Shown: positions 16,150-31,354 of the stretch, in pieces | Layout of the letters: the number at the start of each line of letters is the position of its first letter | How positions within the stretch are numbered: position 1 is the first letter of the stretch | From: Octopus vulgaris | Taxonomy: Eukaryota | NCBI GenBank assembly: GCA_951406725.2 | Contig: OX597822.1 | Location: 92,504,001-92,568,000 of the forward strand | Reading direction: 5' to 3' | DNA: 64,000 nucleotides | The notes under the pieces: generated by a model | The model's database searches: none | The model's input: the letters and a program-made list of their open reading frames with translations, nothing else | Told to the model about the DNA's origin: nothing | Program-made: the position numbers and the translations under genes

Positions 16150-18622
16150 ATATACATACATAACCAACAAGGACAGATAATATACTGGATCTCTGCTTCA
16201 CAAACAATATGGATATCATCCATAAAGTTAAAGTGATGCCGAAAATGATCTCGGATCACAACATAATAGAGCTGTCTATGTATGGACCAAAAGCCCACGC
16301 AGACACACAGCCTATACAAAACATCCACAATCTCTCCAACTTAAACTTTCATAAAGCAATTTGGAAGTTGATCGAGAAAGAGATCCTCAAACAGGATTGG
16401 CCTAAATGTCTCTCCACACCACACATTAACATGAAACACAAACACTTCATGTCCATAATACAAGCCATATGTAAAAAATATGTCCTAGTGTGCAGGGCCA
16501 GGACACACAAAAACAAAAACAGAATCCCTAGAGAAAGGAAGTTTCTTATGAGACGACGGACAAGGATTGCGAACTGCCTGAGCAAGCACACCAAAAGTGG
16601 TGAGAAGTCTCAGCTCGAGAGAATGCTAATGGAAATTGAGAAAAGTCTGCATCAGTCTCATGAAAAGGAGAGAGCAGATAAAGAAGCTTGGGTAATAGAA
16701 AATATCAAGTCAAACCCTAAAGCTTTCTTTAAGTTTACCAAAGAGACAACCACAGTGCACCAGAGAATAGGACCTCTCTTCCAAAAATATGGCTCTCTCA
16801 CAGGAAATCCCACGAGGATAAGTGAAATACTGAACAAACAGTTCCAAAGTGTGTTCACTAGACCTCTAGGACACAAGCAAGTAAACAACCCAGAAGAATT
16901 CTTTCCCACTTTACCTGCGGCCAAACTGGCAAAAATTGAGTACATCAACAGTGAAGATGATGATATCACACTGGCCATAGATGAGAATGACACAAACTCA
17001 GCTGCTGGACCTGATGGATTTCCAGCGAACCTTCTAAAATCGTGCAAACAAGCCCTTGCAAAACCGCTACAGCTTCTTTTTCAGAGCTTTCTTGCAAGTG
17101 GTAAGCTCCCAGTCAAATTGAAAGACGGGGTAATATGCCTTATCCGTAAGGGAGAAAGGAGAGCAGATGATAAAAATTATAGGCCTATCTCTCTGACCTC
17201 ACACATCAGCAAAGTCATGGAACGAATCATCTGCAAGAGACTAATCATGTTCCTTGAAGAAAATGACTTGCTGACTGACACCCAGCATGGATTCCGACCA
17301 GGTAGAAGCTGCCTAACACAGCTCCTGCAACACTATGACTGGGTGTTAAAACAGCTACTAAATGGCTCAAATGTGGATGTGATATATCTCGACTTTGCAA
17401 AGGCCTTTGATAAAGTCGACCTTAGTATGATTTGTCACAAACTGCGTGGTCTCGGCATAGGCGGAAAACTTGGAGAGTGGCTGCACAACTTCCTAAAAGA
17501 TGGAAGGCAGGCAGTTGTGGAGCCACCTCCAAGGAAACACAAATAACAAGTGGTGTTCCACAGGGCACTGTCTTGGGGCCACTGCAGTTCAGACATGCCC
17601 TCAGATGCTAAGATGGTCACCCTTGCTAGCTATGCAGATGACACAAAGTCTCCCACACAATACAAAACCCTGGAAATATTGCACATCTGCAACAGGAGTT
17701 GGATACAATATACAGGTGGGCTGAGGACGATAACATGCAGTTTAATGCAGGTAAGTTCCAGGCCCTGCACTACCAGCACACAAAGGTAAACGACATGCAG
17801 ACTGGATACACTGGCCCGGGAAGAATTTCAATCCCTGAGTCAAAATCAGTGTGTAACCTGGGCAATGACATGAGCAACAATGCATCTTTCCAAGTGCATA
17901 TTACTAATCTGGTGATAAAATGCAGATGGCTAGCTGGATGGATTCTCCGAACTTTCAGAACAAGAGAGAAGGAGACACTGATGGTCCTGTGGAAAACTTT
18001 CTTCCTCAGCCGCTTGGACTACTGCTTCCAACTATGATCACCACACAATATAAAACTAACAGCAGAACTCGAAGCAGTTCAAAGAAGCTACACAAAGAAG
18101 ATCGTCTCAATGCAACATATCAGCTACTGGGAAAGACTGAAAGTATTAAACCTCTTCTCCCTAGAGCGAAGGCGGGAGAGATATGCGGTGATATACATCT
18201 GGAAAATCCTGGAGGGTCTTGTCCCAAACTTTGGCATTCAAAGTTACCCTAACTGCAGAATGGGGCGCCACTGCATGGTGCCAAAGATACCAACATCACC
18301 ATCAAAATACAGGACCAGATACTGCAACAGCTTGGGTTTCAGAGGACCGCAGCTTTTCAACATCCTCCCAAAATGCCTGAGAGACTTGCACGGTGTGGAT
18401 GTGGGTTTCTTTAAAACTAAACTGGATCTCTTCTTGTCGGGGGTCCCAGATGAACCTACCTCACGACAGGAGACACAGATGAGGGCAGCAGCATCGAACT
18501 CCCTTGTTGACCAAGTGCCACGTATCAGAGGTGGATTCACATATTAGTGTAGTTCATTCAGCGGTGGTGCCCGAGCATGGCCGCGGCCTTCGGGCTAAAA
18601 CATTTTTAAGGATTTTTAAGGA
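16150..18622 (+). mobile_element. Degraded CR1-group LINE (EN end plus RT), multiple frameshifts and stops
   Basis: SDHNIIE, AGPDGFP, YRPISLTS, QHGFRPGRSC, DFAKAFD, YADDT; tail (TTTTAAGGA)n. Confidence 0.92.
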
Positions 18623-18744
18623 TACAAAATACATATATATACATATATATATATATATAAAATACATATATACATATACATGTATATATATATACATACA
18701 TATATATACACACACATATATATATATACACATAAATATATGCA

Positions 18745-19382
18745 CCAAATGTAATGTGCAAGAGAGACAACTGCACTGGTATGGTCATGTGGCGTGAATG
18801 AATGAGGATAGATGTGTGCAAAAAATTCCACAACCTAGCGATTGAGGGAAGAGGTAGACCTGGGATGAAGTGGTGAAGCACGACCTTCGAATATTAGGCC
18901 TCACCGAGGCAATGACCAGTAATCGAGACTTTTGGAAATATGCTGTGCTTGAGAAGACCCGGCAAGCCAAGTGAGACCATAAGCCTATGCCAGGGGTGTA
19001 ACCAGCCCACTTATGCATACCTTCCCTTCATTGGACACATCTCACAAAAGCCAGTTGAGGCAAGTGAAATCAAAATCAAATCCTATAACTGGCATCCGAG
19101 CGTGATCGTTGCCAGAGCGGCCAACCAGCATTTGTGTCGGTGGCACATAAAAAGCACCATTCAAGTGTGTTCATTACTAGTGTCGCCTTACTGGCGCTTG
19201 TGCCGGTGTGCAGGTGACACGTAAAAAAACAACGATTTTTTCATGGCTGTTGCCAGTACCGCCTGACTGGTCCTTGTGCCGGTGGCACGTAAAAGCACCC
19301 ACTACACTCTCAGAGTGGTTAGCATTAGGAAGGGCATCCAGCTGTAGAAACTCTGCCAGATCAAGATTGGAACCTGGTGTAG
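18745..19382 (+). mobile_element. RTE-clade LINE 3' end, degraded, with repetitive 3' UTR
   Basis: ERQLHWYGHVA...TWDEVVKHDLRILGL...RDFWKYAV; GGAAGGGCATCCAGCTGTA block. Confidence 0.82.
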
Positions 19383-20310
19383 ATTTTCTCTGCCTGTTCC
19401 CATGTTTCTTTTTAATACAATTCTACAATATAGAATTTCTTCAATTGGAATTTACCTATGATTTTTCCAAGTAGATTCGATTGGGTCATGGCATAAAAAG
19501 TTTTTTCAATGTGACCCCCAATTAAGCAAAAATTCGAGAAAACTCAATATTTTACGATTTCCCTCTCTCATTTCAAGTGGTTTACTCCTGCTATTACTTC
19601 TCCTACTTTCTCTTTGCAAGTGTGCAACAATTAAAGTGAAAGTATTTATATAACAGGGATGAGCCATTAATACTGGTCATCCTTTTTGCTAGAGGAAGAT
19701 TCGCTATGGTCTTATATGCTATATCACTGGTTTTCAATTCATCTTAATCAAATTAATATTCAATTTTTCACCCTTATTATGTGTGTGTGTGTATTAGCAA
19801 TTTGTATGAAATTGCGTCAATGACTTGAACAAGTGGTTTCACATAAATGGGGATAAATTAAAAACGTTTGTTGTTGTTATTATTACTGTTTGACTATTGT
19901 AATCACGTTTGTTGGTTCCTCGTCAGGGAAACGTTGTTGTGTTGCATTTGTTAAATAATTGTAAAGCGTAACCCTCCCCCTTTCGGAGAAGGGGCTTTGG
20001 TTATTGTTTAAAAATTGAATTGTGACCCTGTTTGGGAAAATTGACAATATTTTCACCGTCTTTACGGAAGCATTTTTGTTAAAATGCCTTCGATAGAAGA
20101 AAGTCCAAAAATGAATTTCGCTGCAGCTGTACACTGCTATACAAGAGGGAGGACAAGATCCAATTGATCGAAATTGCAAGAGACAGGCCTACAATTCCAG
20201 TCTGTTATATATTTTGAGTATTGTTATCACTAGCGATATCAAGATATAACTTTGTATTTTGTATTTTATGTGTAGATGTATATATATAGATGTACATGTA
20301 ATATGTACAC

Positions 20311-20345
<35 letters not shown>

Positions 20346-20404
20346 TACATGCATAATATATCTACCCATATACACATACGCACACACACACACACACATA
20401 CATA

Positions 20405-20537
20405 GGGGCAGGTGTGGCTGTGTGGTAACAAACTACGTTCCAAACACATGGTCCTGGGTTCAGTCCCACTGTGTGGTGACTTGGCATGTGTCTTCTGCTG
20501 TAGCTTCAGACCAACAAAACCTTCTCAGTGGATTTTG
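20405..20537 (+). mobile_element. Diverged SINE head within a mosaic module
   Basis: Same diagnostic variant as 5875-6010 (TAACAAACT.CGTTCCAAA). Confidence 0.78.
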
Positions 20538-20559
20538 TACATATATACAGGCATACATA

Positions 20560-21001
20560 CATATATATACATGCATGTTCTATATTTTGAAAATTACCCA
20601 TATTTACTTACCCATGCTTCATTCCCCTCTTGCCTACATAGGGCATCCATTCTCTTTTAACACAGCATGAAGTTTTGTAACAGCACATCCGCTGCCGTTC
20701 GTGGAAATCGAAGAGACCCTATTCACCTGCGAACGTTTTACACCGCCTTCCACGACTATCAAATTCTTACAATTATGAGAACAATAACATGGCTCTTTTC
20801 AAGGCAACCTCACATTCAATTCTTACACCATTCTACGAGGGGGTAGGAACACCTTTACACGGCTGTCTAGACACTTACAAATACATTAATTCGCCGTAAA
20901 ATTATATCAATATTTGCCTGAATAATCATCATAATTCAGTACAATCATTAACAGTACTTTCAAGCAATTCAACCCCGAGCATCGCCGGGCAATTCTGTTA
21001 G
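20560..21001 (+). mobile_element. Helitron 3' portion
   Basis: CCCGAGCATCGCCGGG hairpin followed by GTTAG|T. Confidence 0.55.
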
Positions 21002-21069
21002 TATATATATATATATATATACACACACATACATATACACATATATATATATACATATATATGCATTCA

Positions 21070-21109
<40 letters not shown>

Positions 21110-21132
21110 CATGTATATGTATATATATGTAT

Positions 21133-21171
<39 letters not shown>

Positions 21172-21227
21172 TATACACACACACACACACATATATATAT
21201 ATACATATATCTGTACTCATATATACA

Positions 21228-21894
21228 TCTATATATATAAAGCTGAAGTTGTCTGTGTGTGGCAGGTTTGGTAGCCTTCAACTAACACTATCTCCTCTGC
21301 GACCCAGAAGAAAAAATTCAAATTGGACCATGTTAAGACCAAAAATTATTTACATCAAAAAGGTGCTTTTCTTCTATGACAATTCCTATTTTTTACTGCT
21401 GCAGTGTCGCCATTTTTCGGTGTATTTCAACCAGAAAAATGTTCACTTAAAGAGAATAACAAGCTGAATAATGCAAAAGTTTTACTTTTCAAAAGTTCCA
21501 ACTCTAAAGGGTCGAAAATAATTTTTTGGTGATGTCATTGGTTTTGAGTGAACGAGGGATTTTCCTGTAATTTTTCTTAATAAATACTTTTGCAGTGTTA
21601 ACTTCTTAATACATTTTTCAGTGCAGCTCGAAACTTGAGATTCATTTTGCTTTAGATCTATGGGTAATTTTTTTTCTCTGTAATGTTTATAGAAGGAATA
21701 TCACCAAACAGTACCAACAATTCAAGTTGGCATTACACATTTGCAGCACATTCAGAGCAAACTTGAGCATCACCACACTATACATCTATTCATAGATTGA
21801 AACTATGTCAAAACTTTGTTAACGCGACATCAAAGTTTGCAGTTTTAAGCACAACTGAAAAACAAACCTGAGCAACGCCAGGCTATACTGCCAG
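21228..21894 (+). mobile_element. Non-autonomous Helitron
   Basis: A|TCTATATATATAAAG start; CCTGAGCAACGCCAGG hairpin plus CCAG|T end. Confidence 0.7.
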
Positions 21895-21903
21895 TATATA
21901 CAC

Positions 21904-21949
<46 letters not shown>

Positions 21950-22337
21950 GCACATATATATATACACATATACATATATATATATATACACACATATATA
22001 CACATATATATATATATACATATATATATACACACATATATATACACATATATATACATATATATACACTTATATATATACATATATATATATACATATA
22101 ACTTAGAATAACTTAGAAAGGTTTTTGGCCAGTATTGGCCCAGGCCATGTCTAACTTAATAGCACCACCTGGCGAAGTCTTTCAGTTCAGTATATATACA
22201 CTTATATATATACATATATATATATACATATATATACACTTATATATATACACATATATATACATATATATACACTTATATATATACACATATATATATA
22301 CACACTTATATATACATATATATACACTTATACCTTA

Positions 22338-22383
<46 letters not shown>

Positions 22384-22390
22384 CATACAT

Positions 22391-22810
22391 ATCATTATCA
22401 TCATTTAACGGCCGCTTACCCTGCTGGCATAAGTTAAACTGTCTGACTACAATCTGATCAGGCAAAGTTTCTACAGCTGGATGCCCTTCCTAATGCCAAC
22501 CACTCTGAGAGTGTAGTGGATTCCTTTACGTGCCAACGGCACGAGGGCCAGTCAGGCGGTAATAGCTACGACCACGCTCAAATGACGCTTTTTATGTGCC
22601 ACTTGCACAGGAGCCAGTTCAGCGGCACTGGCAACAACCACACTTAATTGTCGTTTTTCACGTGCCACCGGCACAGATACCAGTAATGCGATGCTGGCAA
22701 CGATCACACTTGAAATGAGCTTTTTACGTGCCACTGTCAGGGGAGCCAGTTGGCAGCATTGGCAACAATCACATTTGGATGATGCTTCTAACATTCCACA
22801 GCATGTGACC
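22391..22810 (-). mobile_element. RTE-type 3' UTR fragment with GTGGCAC-containing tandem units
   Basis: (ATC)n tail, TACAGCTGGATGCCCTTCC block. Confidence 0.75.
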
Positions 22811-22819
22811 AATAGGCCA

Positions 22820-23302
22820 GACTGTTAGCCCTCTTTTTGCCTCTAACTGTGGTCACTGCCACATCGATATTCCTCCCTGCATTTGTGAAAGTTTTGTATC
22901 TCTGCCATAAGGCTTCATTTCCGCACATGCCAGCTGAATTCAATTCGTCCCCAGTCGAAAGACACCTGTTGTTAAGTCCTGTTATTATTATTTTTTTTTG
23001 TTGTATTTTGTATTTATATTTTTGCAACATCGTCTGTTTTTACATCCTTGTTTTTGTATACATTCGATGCTTTCTTCCAAGGAATCTAATGCTCTTAGCT
23101 TAGTTTTTCCTTGGGGCTGGCCAGATTGGAGCAATCTCAAGATTAATCAGCCGAAATTGCAAGGATCATCTGGTTCTTAACTGAGGATAGAAAGTTTCGA
23201 ATGACCCGTCCTTGTTTTTCTTGTATCGTCTATCTGGATGTTTTGTTGTCCCTTTTTCTATCACCTAGTTGACCAGATGTCTTGCGTTCTTGTCCAATTT
23301 TC

Positions 23303-23310
<8 letters not shown>
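22820..23310. repeat. Unclassified interspersed repeat; copies at about 24400-24860 and 58275-58608, more distant relative at 25110-25600
   Basis: Shared TTCCAAGGAATCTAATGCTC...CAGCCGAAATTGC...GAATGACCCGTCC. Confidence 0.85.
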
Positions 23311-23343
<33 letters not shown>

Positions 23344-23655
23344 CAGCGTACGTACACTTTGTTCTCTTATATATACATATATATAGATATACATATATAC
23401 ATACAAATATATATACATATGTACATACATATATATATACATATAACTTCAAAGGTAGCCTATAGAAAGAGGATGGATAAAGGAAAGAAAACCTAAATAA
23501 ATGAGAAGTATATAACTATATGTATATTAAATAAAAGCTTTGAGGTTATATTGTATAACGTTTTTCTTAAAACAATCTTAATAGCGTTCAGTTAATCACT
23601 ATACATATCCATCATTTTCTGTTAAAATGTCTTATTGACGAGTTTCATTTCTTCA

Positions 23656-23734
23656 CTTCCCCGAAGAGAAGATTACATTGTCTTACACTATTTTGGAATA
23701 ATACCAGTGATATCTTCGAAACAAGTGTCGGAAG
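23656..23734 (+). ncRNA. Type-I hammerhead ribozyme motif (U4C variant)
   Basis: CTTCC-CCGAAGA-GAAGAT...ATCTTC-GAAAC-AAGT-GTC-GGAAG; all three stems form. Confidence 0.7.
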
Positions 23735-23996
23735 AAAAAGAATTTGAATAACACCTGCATTTAACTTCATTTATTTATTTATATATATTATACAAAATAT
23801 TTCACATAAACTCGAAGTTTCTACCTTTAAAAACAAGGAGTTACAACCTTTTTACTTGTGTGATTTTTTGCTACCCAGGTAACTAGTTGTATATTTTTTC
23901 TGTGTTAATTGTTAACAGGGGAAAAATACACACATCTATTTATATATACATATATATATATATGTATATGTACATATATATATATACACATGCATA

Positions 23997-24286
23997 TATC
24001 ACATGATCACGTGACTGACCAGACCATCAGATGTTGTTACACATCGCTGGTCACAATGCGTTCACATTGTTTTAGCCTTTGAATGACGCCACCCCACTGG
24101 CTAAGCGAGCAGGCCAACAGAAGAAAGAGTGGTGAAAGAGTACAGCAGGGATCACCACCCCCTGCCAGAGCCTCATGGAGCTTTTAGGTGTTCTCGCTCA
24201 ATAAACACAACGCCCAGCCTGGGAATCAAAACCGCGATCCTACAACCACGAGTCCGCTGCCCTAACCACTGGGCCATTGCGCCTCC
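23997..24286 (-). mobile_element. tRNA-derived SINE, family 2 (tRNA-Arg-like head)
   Basis: GGAGGCGCAATGGCCCAGTGGTTAGGGCAGCGGACTCG...GGTTTTGATTCC; (GTGATCAC)-like tail. Confidence 0.75.
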
Positions 24287-24871
24287 ACACATGCATATAT
24301 ACATATATACATATATATCTTCTCCCCCTCTTTGGTGCCTTTGTCCCTCTTTTTCTCTCTCTCTTTGATTCCTTTGCCCCCTTTTTTTCTCTCTCTTCTC
24401 TTCTCACGTGACCGCCAGTTAACTATAGCCTTTCGGCTTCTGAGCATCTATCTTTTCGTCTGCCATAAGGCATTATTTTTCAAATACGCCAGCTAAGCTA
24501 AGTTGAAATGTCTAAAGTCGAAAGACGCATGTTGTTTTTGTCCTGTTATTAATATTATTGTTATTGTTTTTTGTATTTATATTCGTATTACCTTTTGTTT
24601 TTTGTATTTATATTCGTGTTGCATCGTCCATTTTTCTGTCCTTGTTTAGTATACATCCGATCCTTTTTCCAAGAAATCTAATGCTTGTAGCTTAGTTTTT
24701 CCTTGGGGCTGGCCGGATCGGAGCGATCTCAAGATTAATCAGCCGAAATTGCGAGGATGATCCGGTTCTTGACTGACGATTAGAGGCTTCGAATGACCCA
24801 TCCATTTTTTGTGTCGTCTATTTGAATGTTTTGTTTTCTTGTCCCATTTTGTATTTTTATATATATTTTTT

Positions 24872-24928
<57 letters not shown>

Positions 24929-25684
24929 CATATATATATATATATGTGCATATAAATATACATATATATATATACATATATAAATATACAAATATATATG
25001 TATATATACATATATACATATGTATATGTATATATATATATACATATGTATATGTATATATATATATATACATATATATATATACATATGTATATGTATA
25101 TATACATTTAACCTTCCCTTCTCTCCCTTTCTCTCTCTTTCGCTCCTCCTCATCTCTCTCACAGCTGGCCAAATACTTCCTTTTGCATGCGGCCTTCTAA
25201 CTGTAAACACACGGTTTTCTTGCGCTCCTTGAATCACTCCTCGTCTAGGCAAAAAAGGCCCTCTTTGGTTGTTTTCTTGTGTGTTTTTATTTCTTGTATT
25301 GTATTTTTTTGTAATTGTATTTTTATTTTGCATTTTATTTTGTAATTTTATTTGTATCGTTTTTACGTCCTGTTTGTGTCACATTTTGTTCTTTCCTTGT
25401 TTTTACCCCTCTGCGAAGTAATTTCCTTTAATTTCTTCGCAGGAAGGGCTAGTTCGACGAGTCGTGTTAAGGGGATATTTCTTTGTGTAGTTTGTCTAGT
25501 ACTCTGTTTTTTCTTTGTAAAAAAAAGGTTCGTTCCATGCTTGTTTTTACGTTTTCATTCTCGTTGAGTTCTGCGTCTATTTGTGGTGTCCTATACTCAC
25601 GTATATATATTTATATATACATATAATATACATGTAGATGTAGGTACATACATATATGTATGTATGCATATATTTTATTTATTA

Positions 25685-26773
<1,089 letters not shown>

Positions 26774-28000
26774 CAGGGTGGGGAAGCAAAATTTACAATG
26801 AACATTAAGTTGTTTCTTCTCAGTAGGCACTAAGTCAATTGTTTTGAAACCTAGCATATATTGATGTCATAATCATACCTAACACTATTATCTTTACCTT
26901 TTCCAAAACTTTTGCCCATATGAGTAATCAGGAAAGCAAACATCAAAGAGTGTGTGATTTGCTGAATGCCCTTGTCACACCAACGGAGATTTCAAGAATA
27001 GTTGGAGTGTCCATAAAGACTGTTTATAATGTAAAGAATAGAATGACTATGATCGAAACTATTACAAGGAAGTCTGGAAGTGGAAGAATCAACAAAAAAC
27101 GTACCAGAGCTTTTATTAACGCTCTCAAATCCAAAATCTTAAAGGATCCAACCAAATCCATGAGAAAAATGGCAATTGAACTTGAGTTAGATAACAAGAC
27201 CATTAGAAATGCAGTAAAATATGATTCGAGGTTAAAATCTTACTCAAGAACACCAAAACACTTGTTGACGACAGCTATGAAGGAAAAGAGATTGGAAAGG
27301 TGCAAGAAAATTATTACATGGTTCAAGAAAAAGTCCTCCATTGGAACAATCTTTTCAGATGAAAAGATCTTCACTGTCGATTCTGTTCTGAACTGCAGAA
27401 ATGACAAAATCGACAGCTGAGGTTAAGGAGACATTCAAAACAAAACATCCATCTCAAGTTATGGCTTCTGGTGTTGTGGCTTCCAATGGAAAGAAAATGC
27501 CTATAAAATTCTACAAAGCTGATGAATAAGATCAATGTTAATACTTACTACAAGACTGAGATACCAGGTGTTGCCATGGCTTAAAGCAAACTACCCAGAT
27601 GGTAATTATGTATGGACACAGCCAGAAAAATACAAGATTTCTGCAAATCCAACTTTAGCAATTTTTTGGAATCACGTTTATGGCCGCCTTATAGCCCAGA
27701 TCTAATCCCTATGAATTATGCTGTCTGGGGCGTTTTAGAATATGCTACAAATAGAACATTACACAGCAATGTCGACTCTCTTAAAGATACTATGAAAGAA
27801 GAATGGGAGGAGCTGTCTCCTGAATATTGAGGAACACTTGTGCAAGTTTCTGGAAGCGTGTGAAGACAGTTATTGAGAAAGGAGGACACATAGAATAAAA
27901 ATATTTTCTTTTATGTAAATTTTCTTGTGGCAAATAAATTCTCATGACTTTCAATAAACTAATAGGTCATACATTGTCTTTCAATCCCTGCTTCAAAATA
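26774..28000 (+). mobile_element. Tc1/mariner superfamily transposon (maT/DD37D-like), defective, right TIR missing
   Basis: TA|CAGGGTG end; HTH, IFSDEKIF, WPPYSPDLIPMNYAVWG; second catalytic-Asp region deleted. Confidence 0.88.
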
Positions 28001-28077
28001 TATGTATATATACATATATATATACACACACATATATATATATGTATATATACATATATATATACACACATATATAT

Positions 28078-28156
<79 letters not shown>

Positions 28157-28355
28157 TATAAATGTATATATACATATATATATATACATACATATATATG
28201 TATATACACACATATATATATATACATATATAAATGTATATATACATATATATATATACATACATATATATGTATATACACACATATATATATATATACA
28301 TATATAAATGTATATATACATATATATATATATACATATATAAATGTATATATAC

Positions 28356-28388
<33 letters not shown>

Positions 28389-28774
28389 CATACATATATA
28401 TGTATATACACACATATATATATATACATATATAAATGTATATATACATATATATATATATACATACATACATATATATGTATATACACACATATATATA
28501 TATACATATATAAATGTATATATACATATATATATATATATACATACATATATATGTATATACACACATATATATACATATATAAATGTATATATACATA
28601 TATATATATACATACATATATATGTATATACACACATATATATATATACATATGTATGTATGTATATATATATATATATATATACATACATATATATGTA
28701 TATACACACATATATATATACATATGTATGTATGTATATATATATGTATATATACATATATATACGTATGTATG

Positions 28775-28806
<32 letters not shown>

Positions 28807-28877
28807 CATATGTATGTGTGTATATATATGTATATATATAAATATATACATATATATATGTACATATATATATATGT

Positions 28878-28925
<48 letters not shown>

Positions 28926-29062
28926 GTATATATATATATATGTATATATGTATATATATATATATGTATATATATATATGTATATATGTATATATATATA
29001 TGTATATATATATGTATGTATATATATATATATGTATATATATATATGTATGTATATATATA
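28001..29062. repeat. Long compound TA-derived micro/minisatellite
   Basis: Recurrent ATATAAATGTATATATAC higher-order unit. Confidence 0.95.
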
Positions 29063-29261
29063 TTGAAGAGTTTACATCACTCTTCAAATGCAATTGATGA
29101 TGTCTGATTATATTATGAGTTTGCTCTTATAAATCAATTTTTGTGAACCAATGTATTGATAAAAAAATTCCTGTCGTTTATGAATATGAGTTTTGTTGTG
29201 GAACCAATGCATATATATATATATATACATACATATATATATATATACATATATATATATA

Positions 29262-29590
29262 TCATCATCATCATCATCGTTTAACGTCCGCTTTCCATGC
29301 TAGCATGGGTTGGACGGTTCAACTGGGGTCTGGGAAGCCCGAAGGCTGCACCAGGCCAGTCAGATGTGGCAGTGTTTCTACAGCTGGATGCCCTTCCTAA
29401 CGCCAACCACTCCGAGAGTGTAGTGGGTGATTTTATGTGCCACCGACACAGGTGCCAGACGAGGCTGGCAGACGGCCACGCTCGGATGGTGTTTTTTATG
29501 TGCCACCGACACAGGTGCCAGACGAGGCTGGCAGACGGCCACGCTCGGATGGTGTTTTTTATGTGCCACCGACACAGGTGCCAGACGAGA
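29262..29590 (-). mobile_element. RTE 3' UTR fragment, inverted relative to about 26000-26307
   Basis: Near-identical reverse complement; 62-bp tandem units. Confidence 0.88.
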
Positions 29591-29711
29591 TATATACATA
29601 TATATATATACATATACATATATATATATACATATATACATATATATACAGATATACATATATATACATATATATACATATATATATACATATATACATA
29701 TATATACATAT

Positions 29712-29742
<31 letters not shown>

Positions 29743-30165
29743 TAACACCAAGTAAGTTAGAGGTTATGGATCCAACCCACTAAGGGATAATATTTATCCA
29801 ATATACTGTTGGTATAATACCCAAATTCTTAATACACAAGTGTTTTTAATTGCAATGCAATTAACTTATTTATTGTATTAAATGGGTGAAGGTAAAGAAA
29901 TATTTTACCATTAATTTATAATACAAATAAGAAAATATAAGAGTGATTTTAATGATTTCAATCATTTATATTAAGATTTTTATAATTGTATTCTTATCTT
30001 ATATGTATTGAATTATAATGTATATATGTATGTTATTAAGGTTCTTGTTTTTGTTAAATGAATAAATAAGTCAACATTCTAATATCCAAAAGCTGATGAA
30101 CCAACTAAATTGTTTCTCCATTTTCTTATTTGTATTATATATATATATATAAATTTATGTACATA

Positions 30166-30649
30166 CTGTAAATCCTCAAGTATAGTCTGCCCTTGAGTAT
30201 AATACGCAGGGGATTTTTAGGGGGCTGTACCTCTGAAAAACCTAAACCTTGTGTATAATGTGCACCCCTTCTCCAACTTGAGTCATGCGTAAGTAAGCCA
30301 GCAGCACCTAGTCGAGCAAACACTTCCGCGCATGCGTACTACAATAATGGTGATGTTCTTAACTGTTATATGGGAATGTAAATATGTTTGCAAATTGTAT
30401 TTGTTACATGTTATTCTGTGTTCTGAATACTTTTATTTTAATAAATGTTGCTTACTGCAACAGGCTCAGATTAAGGTATTTTTGCACCCAACATCACAAA
30501 ATGTGTCCGAACATTGCCGGACAGCAAATAGAGACTCGGACATTGCTTAGAAAATATTTTTTGTTTTTAACCTCGTATATAATACGCACAAAAGATTTTG
30601 ACCTTTAAATTTGGGGGAAAAAATGCGGATTATACTTGAGGATTTATGG
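30166..30649. mobile_element. pogo/Tc2-like MITE
   Basis: TIRs CTGTAAATCCTCAAGTATA / TATACTTGAGGATTTATGG, TA flanks. Confidence 0.8.
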
Positions 30650-30993
30650 TACATATAAATATATACATAAATGTACATACATATACATATACATACATGT
30701 ACATATATACATATATATATACAGATACACATATACATACATACACGTACATATATATATACATACACGTACATATATATATACATACACATATATATAT
30801 ACATACACATACATATATATATACATACACATATATATATACATACACATACATATATATATACATACACATACATATAATATATATATATATATACACA
30901 TACATATAATATATATATATATATATACACATACATATAATATATATATATATATACACATACATAATATATATATATATATACACATACATA

Positions 30994-31026
<33 letters not shown>

Positions 31027-31354
31027 TATACATACATGTACATATACATACATATACTTATATATACATACATACATAATATATATACATATACGTATAT
31101 GTATATATATTATGTATGTATGTATATATAAGTATATGTATGTATATGTACATGTATGTATATATATATAATATATATATATATACACATACATAATATA
31201 TATATATATATATACATATATATACATACATGTACATATACATACATATACTTATATATACATACATACATAATATATATACATATACGTACACATCCAC
31301 ACACACACATATATATATATACATACACATATTCATATATAAAACATATACACA

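Noticed and set aside
19880-19935. CTGACGA on the minus strand
   Set aside because: No stem II or GAAA partner
30092-30120. CTGATGA-ACCAAC hammerhead start
   Set aside because: No downstream GAAA; at best a truncated remnant
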